DNA of 44,653 nt from Betaproteobacteria bacterium RIFCSPLOWO2_12_FULL_62_13 (GTDB lineage: Bacteria; Pseudomonadota; Gammaproteobacteria; Burkholderiales; SG8-41), in the NCBI GenBank assembly GCA_001771985.1, contig MERG01000361.1:1-44653 (forward strand), in the 5' to 3' direction. A program made the translations under genes and the position numbers. The stretch's first letter is position 1; each line of letters opens with the position of its first letter. The notes beneath the pieces were generated by a model, which had not been told where the DNA came from, did no database searches, and saw only the letters and a program-made list of their open reading frames with translations. Positions 21,502 to 30,725 of the stretch are shown here, piece by piece.

Positions 21502-22437
21502 TCACATTACGCGCGCCGTCGCCATGAGGCGCCGCGGTACGATGATGCCAGGCATTTCGACCGCTCCAATCCCCAGATATCTCTGTCCGGGCCCGTAAAT
21601 CCTGACCAGCCCTGACGATATCACCTGCAGGCTTTCAACTGTCCGGCCATTAGCGATTCTCTCCGCCTGCCGGGCGTCCAGATCAACCCGCGGCAACCCG
21701 GCCACCAGCGAATCCACGGGTAGCAGGTACGTTTCGCGTTGGTCCGGATTCAAATCGCACAATGCCTGCAGCGTCACCGCCGCATCGAGCCTGAAACTCC
21801 CCACCGCCATGCGTGTAAGGGCTGCAAGGCAGGCACCGCAACCGAGTTCACGTCCGATGTCTTGGGCGAGAACGCGGATATAAGTGCCCTTGCCGCACGT
21901 TACCCTCACACGCAGCTCGTCATGCGCGAAACTGGCAAGCTCGATTGCGTGTATGAATACTCGCCGCGCCATACGCTCAAGCTCCAGCCCCGCACGGGCA
22001 TACTTGTAAAGCGGCTTGCCGGCGCGTTTGATCGCGCTGTACATCGGCGGCGTCTGCAGGATTTCCCCGGCAAAGCGGCCGAGCACCGCTTCGACCGCAC
22101 GACGCTCAACGGCCACGGGCGCGGTGCCAGTCACCTCGCCTTCCAAGTCGCCGGTAATGGTGGTGATTCCCAGTTTGATCGTTGCCGCATAACTCTTGTC
22201 AGAATCGAGCAGCAGGTGGGAAAACTTGGTGGCTTCTCCGAAGCATATCGGCAGCAGCCCGCTCGCCATCGGGTCAAGCGTGCCGGTGTGCCCCGCTTTG
22301 GCCGCGGCGAACACTTGCTTTGCTTTCGACACCGCGGTCTGGGAAGTGATACCGGCCGGTTTGTTGAGCAACAGCACACCGTTCAAGGCGCGTTTCCGTT
22401 GCATCCCCGCCGCAGGTTGCGCGATGAAACGGGTCAC
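21502..22437 (-). CDS. truB: tRNA pseudouridine-55 synthase
   Basis: NGVLLLNKPAGITSQ and GHTGTLDPMASGLLPICFGEATKF with the catalytic Asp. GTG 22437 overlaps the rbfA stop (GTGA). ATG 22404 is an alternative start. Confidence 0.92.
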   Translation of the reverse strand: MTRFIAQPAAGMQRKRALNGVLLLNKPAGITSQTAVSKAKQVFAAAKAGHTGTLDPMASGLLPICFGEATKFSHLLLDSDKSYAATIKLGITTITGDLEGEVTGTAPVAVERRAVEAVLGRFAGEILQTPPMYSAIKRAGKPLYKYARAGLELERMARRVFIHAIELASFAHDELRVRVTCGKGTYIRVLAQDIGRELGCGACLAALTRMAVGSFRLDAAVTLQALCDLNPDQRETYLLPVDSLVAGLPRVDLDARQAERIANGRTVESLQVISSGLVRIYGPGQRYLGIGAVEMPGIIVPRRLMATARVM

Positions 22438-22808
22438 TTATTGCTGGAACGGGCGGAATCAGAAGCGACCGCGGCATCGATCAGTCGTGACAAGTTCACG
22501 CCCCGCTCGACCGACGCGTCGTGCTTGAATCGCAGTTGCGGTACGGTGCGCAGCTTGATCCGGCGCGCGAGTTGGCTGCGCAGGTAGCCGGAGGCATGCT
22601 GCAAACCATCGCTCGTTTTCTGGACTTTTCCGGCGTCGCCCAACAAGGTGAAAAAGACCTTGGCATAGGCGTGATCCGGGCTCACTTCGACGCCGGTGAT
22701 GGTGACCATGCCGATACGGGGATCTTTGAGCTCGAGCCGAATGATGTCGGCCAGCTCGCGTTGAATCTGTTCGGCAATACGGAGGGTTCGCGGGTAGTCT
22801 TTCGGCAT
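22434..22808 (-). CDS. rbfA: Ribosome-binding factor A
   Basis: RTLRIAEQIQRELADIIRLELKDPRIGMVTITGVEVSPDHAYAKVFF. Start at ATG 22808; the longer tracked ORF begins inside the repeat module. Confidence 0.93.
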   Translation of the reverse strand: MPKDYPRTLRIAEQIQRELADIIRLELKDPRIGMVTITGVEVSPDHAYAKVFFTLLGDAGKVQKTSDGLQHASGYLRSQLARRIKLRTVPQLRFKHDASVERGVNLSRLIDAAVASDSARSSNK

Positions 22809-22820
22809 CTTCGATGAGCG

Positions 22821-22895
22821 GCTAGGGGCTAGGAGCAAAACCAGAGGTGCGGCTCGGCTTGCTCCAGTCCCTAGCCCCTAGCCTCTAATCCCTAG
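22821..22895. repeat. Heptamer hairpin module: GCTAGGG GCTAGGA.. (22821-22838) pairing with ..CCTAGCCCCTAGC (22859-22882, 13 perfect bp plus AGCAA/TTGCT), then extra units CTCTAAT CCCTAG overlapping the infB stop
   Basis: Read directly. It occupies the 83-nt infB-rbfA spacer. Confidence 0.9.
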
Positions 22896-25447
22896 AGTGT
22901 GCGCGCGACTTCGACGACTTCGTAGACCTCGAGCTGGTCGCCTTCCTTGATCTCGTTGTAGTTCTTGAGCGAGAGGCCGCACTCGAAGCCCGCCTTGACT
23001 TCGCGGACATCGTCCTTGAAACGCTTCAGCGAATCGAGCTCACCGTCGTGAACGACGACGTTATCGCGCAGCAGGCGCACCTGCGCCCCGCGTTTTACGA
23101 CGCCTTCCAGCACCATGCAGCCGGCGACCGTGCCGACCCTGGAAATCTTGTAGGTCTTTCTGATTTCAACCAGGCCGATTACGTTTTCCTTCTGCTCCGG
23201 CGCCAACATGCCGGTAAGCGCCGCTTTCACTTCGTCCACCGCATCGTAGATGACGTTGTAGTAGCGGATATCGACGCCGCTGTTCTCGGCGAGCTTGCGC
23301 GCGGCGGCGTCAGCGCGCGTGTTGAAGCCGATAATCACCGCCTTCGACGCCAGCGCGAGATTGACGTCGGACTCGGTAATTCCGCCGACCGCTGCATGCA
23401 CGATATTGACCCTGACTTCGTCCGTCGAGAGTTTGGTGAGCGCGTGGGACAGGCCCTCGTACGATCCCTGAACGTCGGCCTTGATGATCAGCGACAGCGT
23501 CTTCTTTTCGCCCTCGCCCATCTGCTCGAACATGTTTTCGAGTTTGGCCGACTGCTGCCTGGCGAGCTTCACGTCCCGGAATTTGCCCTGGCGGAACAGC
23601 GCGATCTCACGCGCCTTCCGCTCGTCACCCAGCACCAGCACCTCGGAGCCGGCGACCGGGATGTCCGACAGGCCGAGGATTTCCACCGGAATCGATGGGC
23701 CTGCCTCGTCGATGGCGCTTCCGGTCTCGTCGAGCATCGCGCGCACGCGGCCAAACACCGCTCCCGCGAGCAGCACGTCTCCGCGCTTGAGCGTTCCCGA
23801 CTGCACGAGCACGGTCGCCACGGGACCGCGGCCCTTGTCGAGGCGAGACTCGATCACGATACCCTTCGCCGGCGCATCCTTGGGCGCCTTGAGTTCCAGC
23901 ACTTCCGCCTGCAGGAGCGCGCTGTCGAGGAGCCGATCGATGCCTTTGCCGGTCTTGGCTGAAACCTCGACGAACATGGTATCGCCGCCCCATTCCTCGG
24001 GAACCACTTCCTGCGCTGCAAGATCCTGCTTCACGCGGTCAGGATTGGCTTCGGGCTTGTCGATCTTGTTGAGCGCCACGACGATTGGCACCTTGGCGGC
24101 TTTCGCATGATGGATCGCTTCGATGGTCTGCGGCATCACACCATCGTCCGCGGCAACGACCAGAACCACGATGTCGGTTACCTTCGTTCCGCGCGCCCGC
24201 ATCGCGGTGAACGCCTCATGACCGGGGGTATCGAAAAAGGTGACCATGCCCTTCGGCGTCTCGACGTGATACGCGCCGATGTGCTGGGTGATGCCCCCCG
24301 CCTCGCCACTTGCCACGCGCGTGCGACGAATGTAGTCGAGCAGGGACGTCTTGCCATGATCGACGTGGCCCATGACCGTGACTACCGGTGCGCGCGGCTC
24401 AAGTTTGATCTCGGAAGGGGCTTGCTGCGCTTCCGCCAAGAAGGCGTCGGGATCGTCGAGCTTGGCACGCTTCGCGATGTGTCCCATTTCCTCGACCACG
24501 ATCATGGCCGTATCCTGATCGAGCACCTGATTGATGGTCGCCATCGTGCCAAGTTTCATCAGAACCTTGATCACCTCTGCCGCTTTGACCGACATCTTGT
24601 GTGCGAGGTCGCCGACGGTAATGGTTTCGGGGACCATGACTTCGCGTACGATCGGCTCGGTCGGTGCCGAAAAAGCCTGCTGCAACTCGCCCTCTTCCTT
24701 ATGGGCAGCGTGACGCGCCTTGCGTTCGCGCCAGCCCAGGCCGCCGGTCACATCTCCACGCACCTTGATGCTGCGCTTCTTGACCGTTTCGTCCTTCCAG
24801 ACGACCGCCTTGGCCTGTTTCCTGGCGCCCTTCTTCTCGGCCTTTTTTGCCTTCTCTTCGGGCTTGACAGCGGGTTTGTGTAATGTTCCCTGGACAGGCG
24901 TGGGCGCCCCCGGAGCTCCTGCGGTGGCAGGTTTTGCTGCTACCGGCGCCAGAGCTGCCGTGCCCGCAGCCTGCGCCTCTGCGATCGGGGCCTCCTGCGC
25001 CTTCTTGCGGCGCTGCTGCTTTTTCTGGATCTCTTCGCTTTGACGCGCGATCAACTCCGCCTGCTTCCTCGCTTCCGCTTCGCGCAGCGCGATTTGTTCC
25101 GCATCAAGAACCGGTTTTGCCTCGCTCGGAGCTTCCACCTCCACGGCGTCGCGCTTCACCAGCACGCGCTTCTTCCGCACCTCGACCTGAATGGTTCGGG
25201 ATTTCCCGCTACCGTCCGATTTCTTGATTTCGGTGGTCTGCCTGCGCGTCAGCGTGATCCTCTGCTTGGCTTCCCCTGCGCCGTGCGACTGGCGCAGATA
25301 GTCCAGCAGTTGCGTCTTGTCCTTTTCCGTGAGCGGCGTGTCTTCGGCCAGAGCTTTGTTGACACCGGCCGCTTGCAATTGCTCGATAAGCAGAGCCAGG
25401 GGCAATCCCAGCTCCGTGGCAAATTGAGTGACGTTGAGTTGCGCCAT
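22892..25447 (-). CDS. infB: Translation initiation factor IF-2
   Basis: 851 aa. Charged and Ala/Pro-rich N-terminal region, G-domain [14 protein letters not shown]...DTPGHEAF...NKID, conserved C-terminal domains. Confidence 0.97.
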   Translation of the reverse strand: MAQLNVTQFATELGLPLALLIEQLQAAGVNKALAEDTPLTEKDKTQLLDYLRQSHGAGEAKQRITLTRRQTTEIKKSDGSGKSRTIQVEVRKKRVLVKRDAVEVEAPSEAKPVLDAEQIALREAEARKQAELIARQSEEIQKKQQRRKKAQEAPIAEAQAAGTAALAPVAAKPATAGAPGAPTPVQGTLHKPAVKPEEKAKKAEKKGARKQAKAVVWKDETVKKRSIKVRGDVTGGLGWRERKARHAAHKEEGELQQAFSAPTEPIVREVMVPETITVGDLAHKMSVKAAEVIKVLMKLGTMATINQVLDQDTAMIVVEEMGHIAKRAKLDDPDAFLAEAQQAPSEIKLEPRAPVVTVMGHVDHGKTSLLDYIRRTRVASGEAGGITQHIGAYHVETPKGMVTFFDTPGHEAFTAMRARGTKVTDIVVLVVAADDGVMPQTIEAIHHAKAAKVPIVVALNKIDKPEANPDRVKQDLAAQEVVPEEWGGDTMFVEVSAKTGKGIDRLLDSALLQAEVLELKAPKDAPAKGIVIESRLDKGRGPVATVLVQSGTLKRGDVLLAGAVFGRVRAMLDETGSAIDEAGPSIPVEILGLSDIPVAGSEVLVLGDERKAREIALFRQGKFRDVKLARQQSAKLENMFEQMGEGEKKTLSLIIKADVQGSYEGLSHALTKLSTDEVRVNIVHAAVGGITESDVNLALASKAVIIGFNTRADAAARKLAENSGVDIRYYNVIYDAVDEVKAALTGMLAPEQKENVIGLVEIRKTYKISRVGTVAGCMVLEGVVKRGAQVRLLRDNVVVHDGELDSLKRFKDDVREVKAGFECGLSLKNYNEIKEGDQLEVYEVVEVARTL

Positions 25448-25456
25448 TTATTCCGC

Positions 25457-26941
25457 TCATGCGTTAGTTTCGGCAAACCAGGGCGCGCGCGCTGCCATGA
25501 TCAGTTCCTTGGCCCGCTCGGCATCCAGACCCGCAAGTTCCACCAGATCGTCGGCGGCGTAATCGGCGAGTTCCTCCTGGGTGCCCACGCCCTTCGAAGC
25601 CAGCAGGCGCGCCGTATCATTGTCCATCCCTTCAACCTTCAGCAAATCCTCGATGTCGTGCTCAACCTTTTCTTCGCTCGCGATAGCCTGAGTAAGCAGC
25701 GCATTGCGCGCGCGGCTCCTGAGTTCGTTGACCGTTGCCTCGTCGAACGCCTCGATCTCGATCATTTCGTTGAGCGGCACATAGGCCACCTCCTCGAGCG
25801 TCGAGAAACCTTCCTGCACCAGGATTTCGGCGAGCTCCTCGTCGACATCCAGCTTCTCCATGAAAATCGAGCGGATACGGGCCGTTTCTTCCTCCGACTT
25901 CCTCTGCGACTCTTCGACCGTCATGATATTGAGCTCCCACCCGGCAAGCTCGCTCGCCAGTCTGACGTTCTGGCCGCTGCGGCCGATGGTCTGGGCCAGA
26001 TTCTCCTCGTCCACCACGATGTCCATACTGTGCTTTTCTTCATCAACGAGGATGCTGCTCACTTCCGCGGGCGCCAGCGCATTGATTACGAACTGCGCGG
26101 GATCCGGATTCCAAAGAATGATATCGACGCGCTCGCCGGCCAGCTCCGAGGTCACGGCCTGCACGCGCGAACCGCGCATGCCGACGCAGGTTCCGATCGG
26201 ATCGATGCGTTGATCGTTCGACTTCACGGCAATCTTGGCGCGCGAACCGGGATCGCGTGCGGCGGCCTTGATCTCGAGCAGCCCGTCTTCGAGTTCGGGA
26301 ACTTCGAGTTCGAACAACTTGATCAGGAATTCCGGCGCCGTGCGCGACAAGACCAACTGCGGACCGCGGCTTGCGCGGTCGATTTTCCACAGATAGGCGC
26401 GCACGCGGTCACCCACACGCAGGTTTTCCTTGGGAATCATCTGATCGCGCGGAAGCACCGCTTCGAGGCGGCCCGATTCGATGATCGCATTGCCCCGCTC
26501 CATGCGCTTGATCACGCCGGTCACCAGATGCTCTTTGCGCATCAGGAAATCATTCAGAATCTGCTCACGCTCCGCGTCGCGAATCTTCTGCAAAATGACC
26601 TGTTTCGCGGTCTGAGCGCCGATACGCCCGACTTCCAGAGCCCCCAGCGGTTCCTCGATATATTCGCCAAGCTCAATGTCAGGGTTCTGCTCCTTTGCCT
26701 CACTCAACATGTACTGACGCGAGGGCGCTTCGATTTCCTCGTCATCCACCACTTGCCAGCGGCGGAAAAATGAAAAATCGCCCGTTGTGCGGTCTACCGA
26801 GGCGCGCACGTCTATGTCTTCATGGAAACGCTTCTTGGTAGCGGAGGCCAGGGCGAGTTCCAGCGCGCCGAACACAATTTCCTTCTCGACGTTCTTCTCG
26901 CGCGCCAAAGCATCCACAAGCAATAAAATTTCCCGGCTCAT
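25457..26941 (-). CDS. nusA: Transcription termination/antitermination factor NusA
   Basis: [19 protein letters not shown]1 and two KH domains ([10 protein letters not shown]), C-terminal acidic repeats. Confidence 0.97.
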   Translation of the reverse strand: MSREILLLVDALAREKNVEKEIVFGALELALASATKKRFHEDIDVRASVDRTTGDFSFFRRWQVVDDEEIEAPSRQYMLSEAKEQNPDIELGEYIEEPLGALEVGRIGAQTAKQVILQKIRDAEREQILNDFLMRKEHLVTGVIKRMERGNAIIESGRLEAVLPRDQMIPKENLRVGDRVRAYLWKIDRASRGPQLVLSRTAPEFLIKLFELEVPELEDGLLEIKAAARDPGSRAKIAVKSNDQRIDPIGTCVGMRGSRVQAVTSELAGERVDIILWNPDPAQFVINALAPAEVSSILVDEEKHSMDIVVDEENLAQTIGRSGQNVRLASELAGWELNIMTVEESQRKSEEETARIRSIFMEKLDVDEELAEILVQEGFSTLEEVAYVPLNEMIEIEAFDEATVNELRSRARNALLTQAIASEEKVEHDIEDLLKVEGMDNDTARLLASKGVGTQEELADYAADDLVELAGLDAERAKELIMAARAPWFAETNA

Positions 26942-26956
26942 CCCGACCTCCTGCCG

Positions 26957-27385
26957 CTAAAACGCGGGCACCAGCCGCGCCTTCTCCAGGTTGTCCAAAT
27001 CGAGCGACAACAGCTTACCGTCGATTTCGATCTGCACCTTGCCAGCGCGCGTTTCCCGCAATACCCCAACAAAATTCCTTTGTCCGTCAACCGGGATGCG
27101 TAGTTTGATGCGTGCCTTGTGCCCGGCAAAACGCACAAAATCCCGTTCCTTCTTCAGCAATCTGTCCAAGCCCGGCGAGGACACCTCAAGCCTGTCGTAA
27201 GCGACGTTCTCCACCGCCAACACCCGGCTGAGATGCTGGCTGACCGCGGCGCAATCGTCGACATTGACACCGTTCGGTTTGTCGATAAATACGCGCAATA
27301 GTCGGCCCTTGCCGGATCTTTCCAGATTCACCAATTCATACCCGAGCCCGGCCAGTGTCGTTTCCAATAATGCCTGCAAATCCAT
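26957..27385 (-). CDS. rimP: Ribosome maturation factor RimP
   Basis: LGYELVNLE...[23 protein letters not shown]...[15 protein letters not shown] 27385; a TTG at 27397 is possible. Confidence 0.9.
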   Translation of the reverse strand: MDLQALLETTLAGLGYELVNLERSGKGRLLRVFIDKPNGVNVDDCAAVSQHLSRVLAVENVAYDRLEVSSPGLDRLLKKERDFVRFAGHKARIKLRIPVDGQRNFVGVLRETRAGKVQIEIDGKLLSLDLDNLEKARLVPAF

Positions 27386-27605
27386 CGCCACAAACAAAAA
27401 ATGGGCGAACCGCCCATCTTCTTATAATACAGAGCTTTGAAGTGTAACAAAAATTGGGGCCGAAATCCAATACTTACCTTACCGCAAGACTTCGGCCGGG
27501 GAGCGGCCCGGCTGGGGTCGGCTGTTGCACAAAGCGTTTGCCGGAACAGCGGATGGCGCCTTGCGGAGATGGCATCCCATTCTCCGCAGGAGCGCGGAAT
27601 TTCCC

Positions 27606-27638
27606 TTGCGGACGTTCGGATACTGTATATAATTACAG
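27606..27638 (+). promoter_or_regulatory. lexA promoter with canonical LexA (SOS) box CTGTATATAATTACAG (27623-27638) overlapping a TATAAT -10 element (27628-27633). Candidate -35 TTGCGG at 27606-27611.
   Basis: Perfect CTGT-N8-ACAG palindrome, 31 nt upstream of the lexA ATG. Confidence 0.85.
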
Positions 27639-27668
27639 CAATAGAGGGTTTCAAGGACGGATAGTTCC

Positions 27669-28271
27669 ATGGACGAGCTAACCCCGCGCCAGACACAAAT
27701 CCTGGACCTGATCAGGAAACATATCGCCAATTCGGGTTTCCCGCCGACGCGCGTTGATATCTGCCGCGCCCTGGGCTTCCGCTCCCCCAACGCTGCAGAG
27801 GAGCACTTAAGGGCGCTCGCCCGCAAGGGTGCAATCGAGATACTGGCGGGGGCCTCGCGCGGCATCCGGCTGAAACAGGCGCCGGGTATCCCGGTGGTTG
27901 GCCGGGTCGCCGCAGGCAGTCCGATTCTTGCCGAGCAGCACATCGAGGGCCGCTACCAGCTCGACCCGTTGCTGTTCAAGCCGCGCGCCGACTATTTGCT
28001 CAGAGTCAGGGGATCGAGCATGCGTGACGCGGGCATTCTCGACGGTGATCTGCTGGCAGTGCACCGCACACAGGAATTCAGGTCGGGACAGATCGTAGTG
28101 GCGCGCATTCATGATGAGGTCACCGTCAAACGTATCCGCCGCCAGCGCCACCTTGTCGAACTGATCCCGGAAAACCCGGCGTTTAAGACCATCACGGTGG
28201 ATTTACGCCGTGATCCGCTGGTGATAGAAGGTGCCGCGGTCGGCGTGATCCGCAATGGCAAAGCACTGTGA
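27669..28271 (+). CDS. lexA: LexA repressor
   Basis: N-terminal winged HTH ([16 protein letters not shown]...[32 protein letters not shown]), cleavage-site region VAAGSP, and Ser/Lys peptidase domain ([11 protein letters not shown]...VKRI). Confidence 0.95.
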   Translation: MDELTPRQTQILDLIRKHIANSGFPPTRVDICRALGFRSPNAAEEHLRALARKGAIEILAGASRGIRLKQAPGIPVVGRVAAGSPILAEQHIEGRYQLDPLLFKPRADYLLRVRGSSMRDAGILDGDLLAVHRTQEFRSGQIVVARIHDEVTVKRIRRQRHLVELIPENPAFKTITVDLRRDPLVIEGAAVGVIRNGKAL

Positions 28272-28308
28272 ATCTCCTCCAGAAATGGTCACAAAGTGCA
28301 TTCAAAAG

Positions 28309-28422
28309 CATCGAACCGCCGATGAACGCAGATGAACGCTGATAAAACCACAACAAAAACATGGGATGATGATTTCTGCTTTTCTATCGGCGTTAATCGG
28401 CATCTATCTGCATTTAATCAAC
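28309..28422. repeat. 10-nt-period repeat hairpin module: GATGAACGCA GATGAACGCT GATAAAACCA (28321-28350), with partially complementary TCTATCGGCG TTAATCGGCA TCTATCTGCA TTTAATCAAC (28383-28422)
   Basis: Read directly, in the lexA-imuA spacer. The 5' 26 codons of tracked ORF 28366.. are translated repeat. Confidence 0.8.
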
Positions 28423-28443
28423 TTTCCTGATTTTGTTCTATCC

Positions 28444-29136
28444 GTGGCTGCGCCTACGCTCGATGCCGTCCTGAATCACCCCGCTATCTGGCGCGGCAAC
28501 GACTGCGCGCGGGTGGCGGTGCCGAGCGTGCCGACCGGCTTTGCCGAACTCGACGTGCTGCTGCCGGGCGAAGGCTGGCCGAGCGGAGCGCTCACCGAGA
28601 TTTACTTCGAACGCCCCGGCATCGGTGAGCTACAGCTGGTGATGCCGGCCGCTGCGCGCCTTACCCGGGCCGAGCGCTGGCTGGCCATGATCGCGCCGCC
28701 TTGCATTCCCTACGCTCCCGCGCTTGCTGCGCACGGTGTGAGGTTATCGCGCCTGATGCTGCTTCAACCGAAAACTGCCGATGAGCAGTTATGGGCGTGC
28801 GAGCAAGCGCTCCACTCGGAAAACTGTGGAGCGGTGTTGGCCTGGATGAATCGCATCCAGGAACGTGCCATGCGTCGCCTGCAGCTTGCCGCGGAGCGCG
28901 GCGGCACACTTGCCATGTTGTTTCGCCCGGCTCGCGCCACTGCCTTCCCGTCAGCGGCGTTGCGGTTGCACGTCAGCAAGGCGGACGGCAGGACCATCGT
29001 GCGCATCCTCAAGCGGCGCGGGGGTGGCATCTCGGCACCCGTCGCGCTCGATCTGTATGGCGAAGTGAATAGGCGTCCGATCACATCGCCCCGCCCTGCG
29101 GTTGTCCTCCCCTGCCTTCCGGCACCGGCACATTGA
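28444..29136 (+). CDS. imuA: ImuA (SulA/RecA-fold translesion-synthesis accessory protein)
   Basis: HPAIWRGNDC...PTGFAELDVLLPGEGWPSGALTEI...GIGELQL matches the ImuA pattern, and the gene sits before imuB-dnaE2. GTG 28444 is proposed; the start is uncertain (28366 in the track). Confidence 0.8.
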   Translation: MAAPTLDAVLNHPAIWRGNDCARVAVPSVPTGFAELDVLLPGEGWPSGALTEIYFERPGIGELQLVMPAAARLTRAERWLAMIAPPCIPYAPALAAHGVRLSRLMLLQPKTADEQLWACEQALHSENCGAVLAWMNRIQERAMRRLQLAAERGGTLAMLFRPARATAFPSAALRLHVSKADGRTIVRILKRRGGGISAPVALDLYGEVNRRPITSPRPAVVLPCLPAPAH

Positions 29137-29160
29137 CCTGCGCAAAACGCTTGACCGCTC

Positions 29161-30606
29161 ATGTTGTGGCTGGCGCTACATTTCCCCCGTCTTTCGCTCG
29201 AGATATTTACACGCGGCACGCGCAAGCCCGGCCCTCTGGCGGTCGCTTCCTCGCCCGGCAGCAACGCGACTATCGTCGCTTGCGACCGGCAATCATATGC
29301 GCGCGGCGTGCGTTGCGGCATGACGGTTTCCGCAGCGTGGGCGCTGATCTCGGAACTCAAGATCATCGCGCATGACGAAGCCGCCGAGCGTGCGGCGCTT
29401 GAACGCATTGCCGTCTGGGGATTCCAGTTCACGCCGGCGGTGAGCATTGCCGCCCCGGCGGAGTTGCTGCTTGAAGCAGGAGGGTCGCTCAAGCTGTTTG
29501 GAGGCTTAAACCGGATGCATCAGTGCCTCGAGCGGGGTCTTGCGGAACTCGGTTATAGCGCCTCTGCGGCCTATGCGCCGACACCGCTCGCGGCACAACT
29601 CTTTGCGCGCGCCGGCCTGTCCGTGCGGATACAGCATCGCGATGTGCTGCGTCACGAACTTGAAAAGCTGCCGGCTTCCCTGCTCGATCGCCATTCCGAA
29701 ACTGCGGCGATGCTCGAGAGTTTCGGCATTCATACCATCGGCGAGTGCCTGCATTTGCCGCGCAGCGGACTGGCGCACCGCCTGGGCCAGCGTCTGCTCG
29801 ATGATCTCGACCGGGCGCTGGGCAAGCGGCCCGATCCCCGGCCGCCTTTCATTCCGCCGCCAGGCTTCACAGCATCACTCCCGTTGCCCGCGCCGGTTGA
29901 ACAGGCGGAAGCTCTGCTGTTCGCTGCGCGGCGCCTGCTCACCGAGCTGTGCGGATGGCTTGCCGCAACCGGTAATGGCGTGCAAAGCCTGCGTTTTACA
30001 CTGGTGCATGAAGATCATGCCGACACGCAGATCGTCATGAAACTGGTTGCGGCAAACCGCGACCTCGAACACTTGACTTGCGTGCTGCGCGAACGTCTGG
30101 TGCGTATTGATCTGCCCCGCGCGGTAACCGCTATCACGCTCGCTGCAGAGCAGTTTCAACCGCTTGCTTCGCACAATCTGTCATTTCTGCCGGATGCTCA
30201 TATTCATGCCGAAGGCATTGTCCGGCTCATTGAACGCCTGCGCGCCCGTCTCGGTGACGAGGCCGTTTGCGGTTTGACCGCCTTTCCCGATTACCGGCCA
30301 GAGCGCGCCTGGCGCATCTGCGAGCCGGGTAACGACGCCGCGCCTGAGGAATTGCAAGCCTTTTTTTCGCGGCCCCTGTGGTTGCTCGCCTCACCCCGGC
30401 CGCTCAGGGAAATCGCCGCCATACCGCACTACGCTGGGCCGCTGTCGCTGCTCGCCGGCCCCGAGCGCATCGAGGCGGGCTGGTGGGACGGGCATGATGT
30501 TGCGCGTGACTACTTTGTCGCCAGCAATCCCGTGCAATCACTGTTGTGGATTTACCGAGAACGCAGTGCGGCGGGCGGCTGGTATCTGCACGGCTTCTTC
30601 GGATGA
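29161..30606 (+). CDS. imuB: ImuB (Y-family DNA polymerase-like protein)
   Basis: MLWLALHFPRLSLE, a UmuC/DinB-like fold, C-terminal ...GWYLHGFFG typical of ImuB. Located between imuA and dnaE2. Confidence 0.88.
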   Translation: MLWLALHFPRLSLEIFTRGTRKPGPLAVASSPGSNATIVACDRQSYARGVRCGMTVSAAWALISELKIIAHDEAAERAALERIAVWGFQFTPAVSIAAPAELLLEAGGSLKLFGGLNRMHQCLERGLAELGYSASAAYAPTPLAAQLFARAGLSVRIQHRDVLRHELEKLPASLLDRHSETAAMLESFGIHTIGECLHLPRSGLAHRLGQRLLDDLDRALGKRPDPRPPFIPPPGFTASLPLPAPVEQAEALLFAARRLLTELCGWLAATGNGVQSLRFTLVHEDHADTQIVMKLVAANRDLEHLTCVLRERLVRIDLPRAVTAITLAAEQFQPLASHNLSFLPDAHIHAEGIVRLIERLRARLGDEAVCGLTAFPDYRPERAWRICEPGNDAAPEELQAFFSRPLWLLASPRPLREIAAIPHYAGPLSLLAGPERIEAGWWDGHDVARDYFVASNPVQSLLWIYRERSAAGGWYLHGFFG

Positions 30607-30623
30607 AAACCAAGCCTTAGCCA

Positions 30624-30720
30624 CAGAGAAAGAACGCGAAAGGCATAAGAAGCAAAGAATATGGGGTGCTGTTCTGTTCACTCCTTTCTCCTCTCACCTC
30701 TCTCCTCTCGCTCTTTCAAG
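30624..30720. repeat. Purine tract (30624-30660, AGAGAAAGAACGCGAAAGGCATAAGAAGCAAAGAA) followed by 7-nt-periodic pyrimidine tract CACTCCT TTCTCCT CTCACCT CTCTCCT CTCGCTC (30679-30713)
   Basis: Read directly, in the imuB-dnaE2 spacer. Arm complementarity is only partial. Confidence 0.7.
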
Positions 30721-30725
30721 CTCTT

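Noticed and set aside
25040-26773. 577-aa plus-strand ORF across the infB 5' end and nusA
   Set aside because: It is antisense to nusA and infB, has no recognisable motifs, and shows shadow-ORF composition.
27328-27943. 122-aa and 154-aa minus-strand ORFs across the rimP-lexA spacer and lexA
   Set aside because: They span the promoter and SOS-box region and run antisense to lexA, with no motifs. They are not credible genes.
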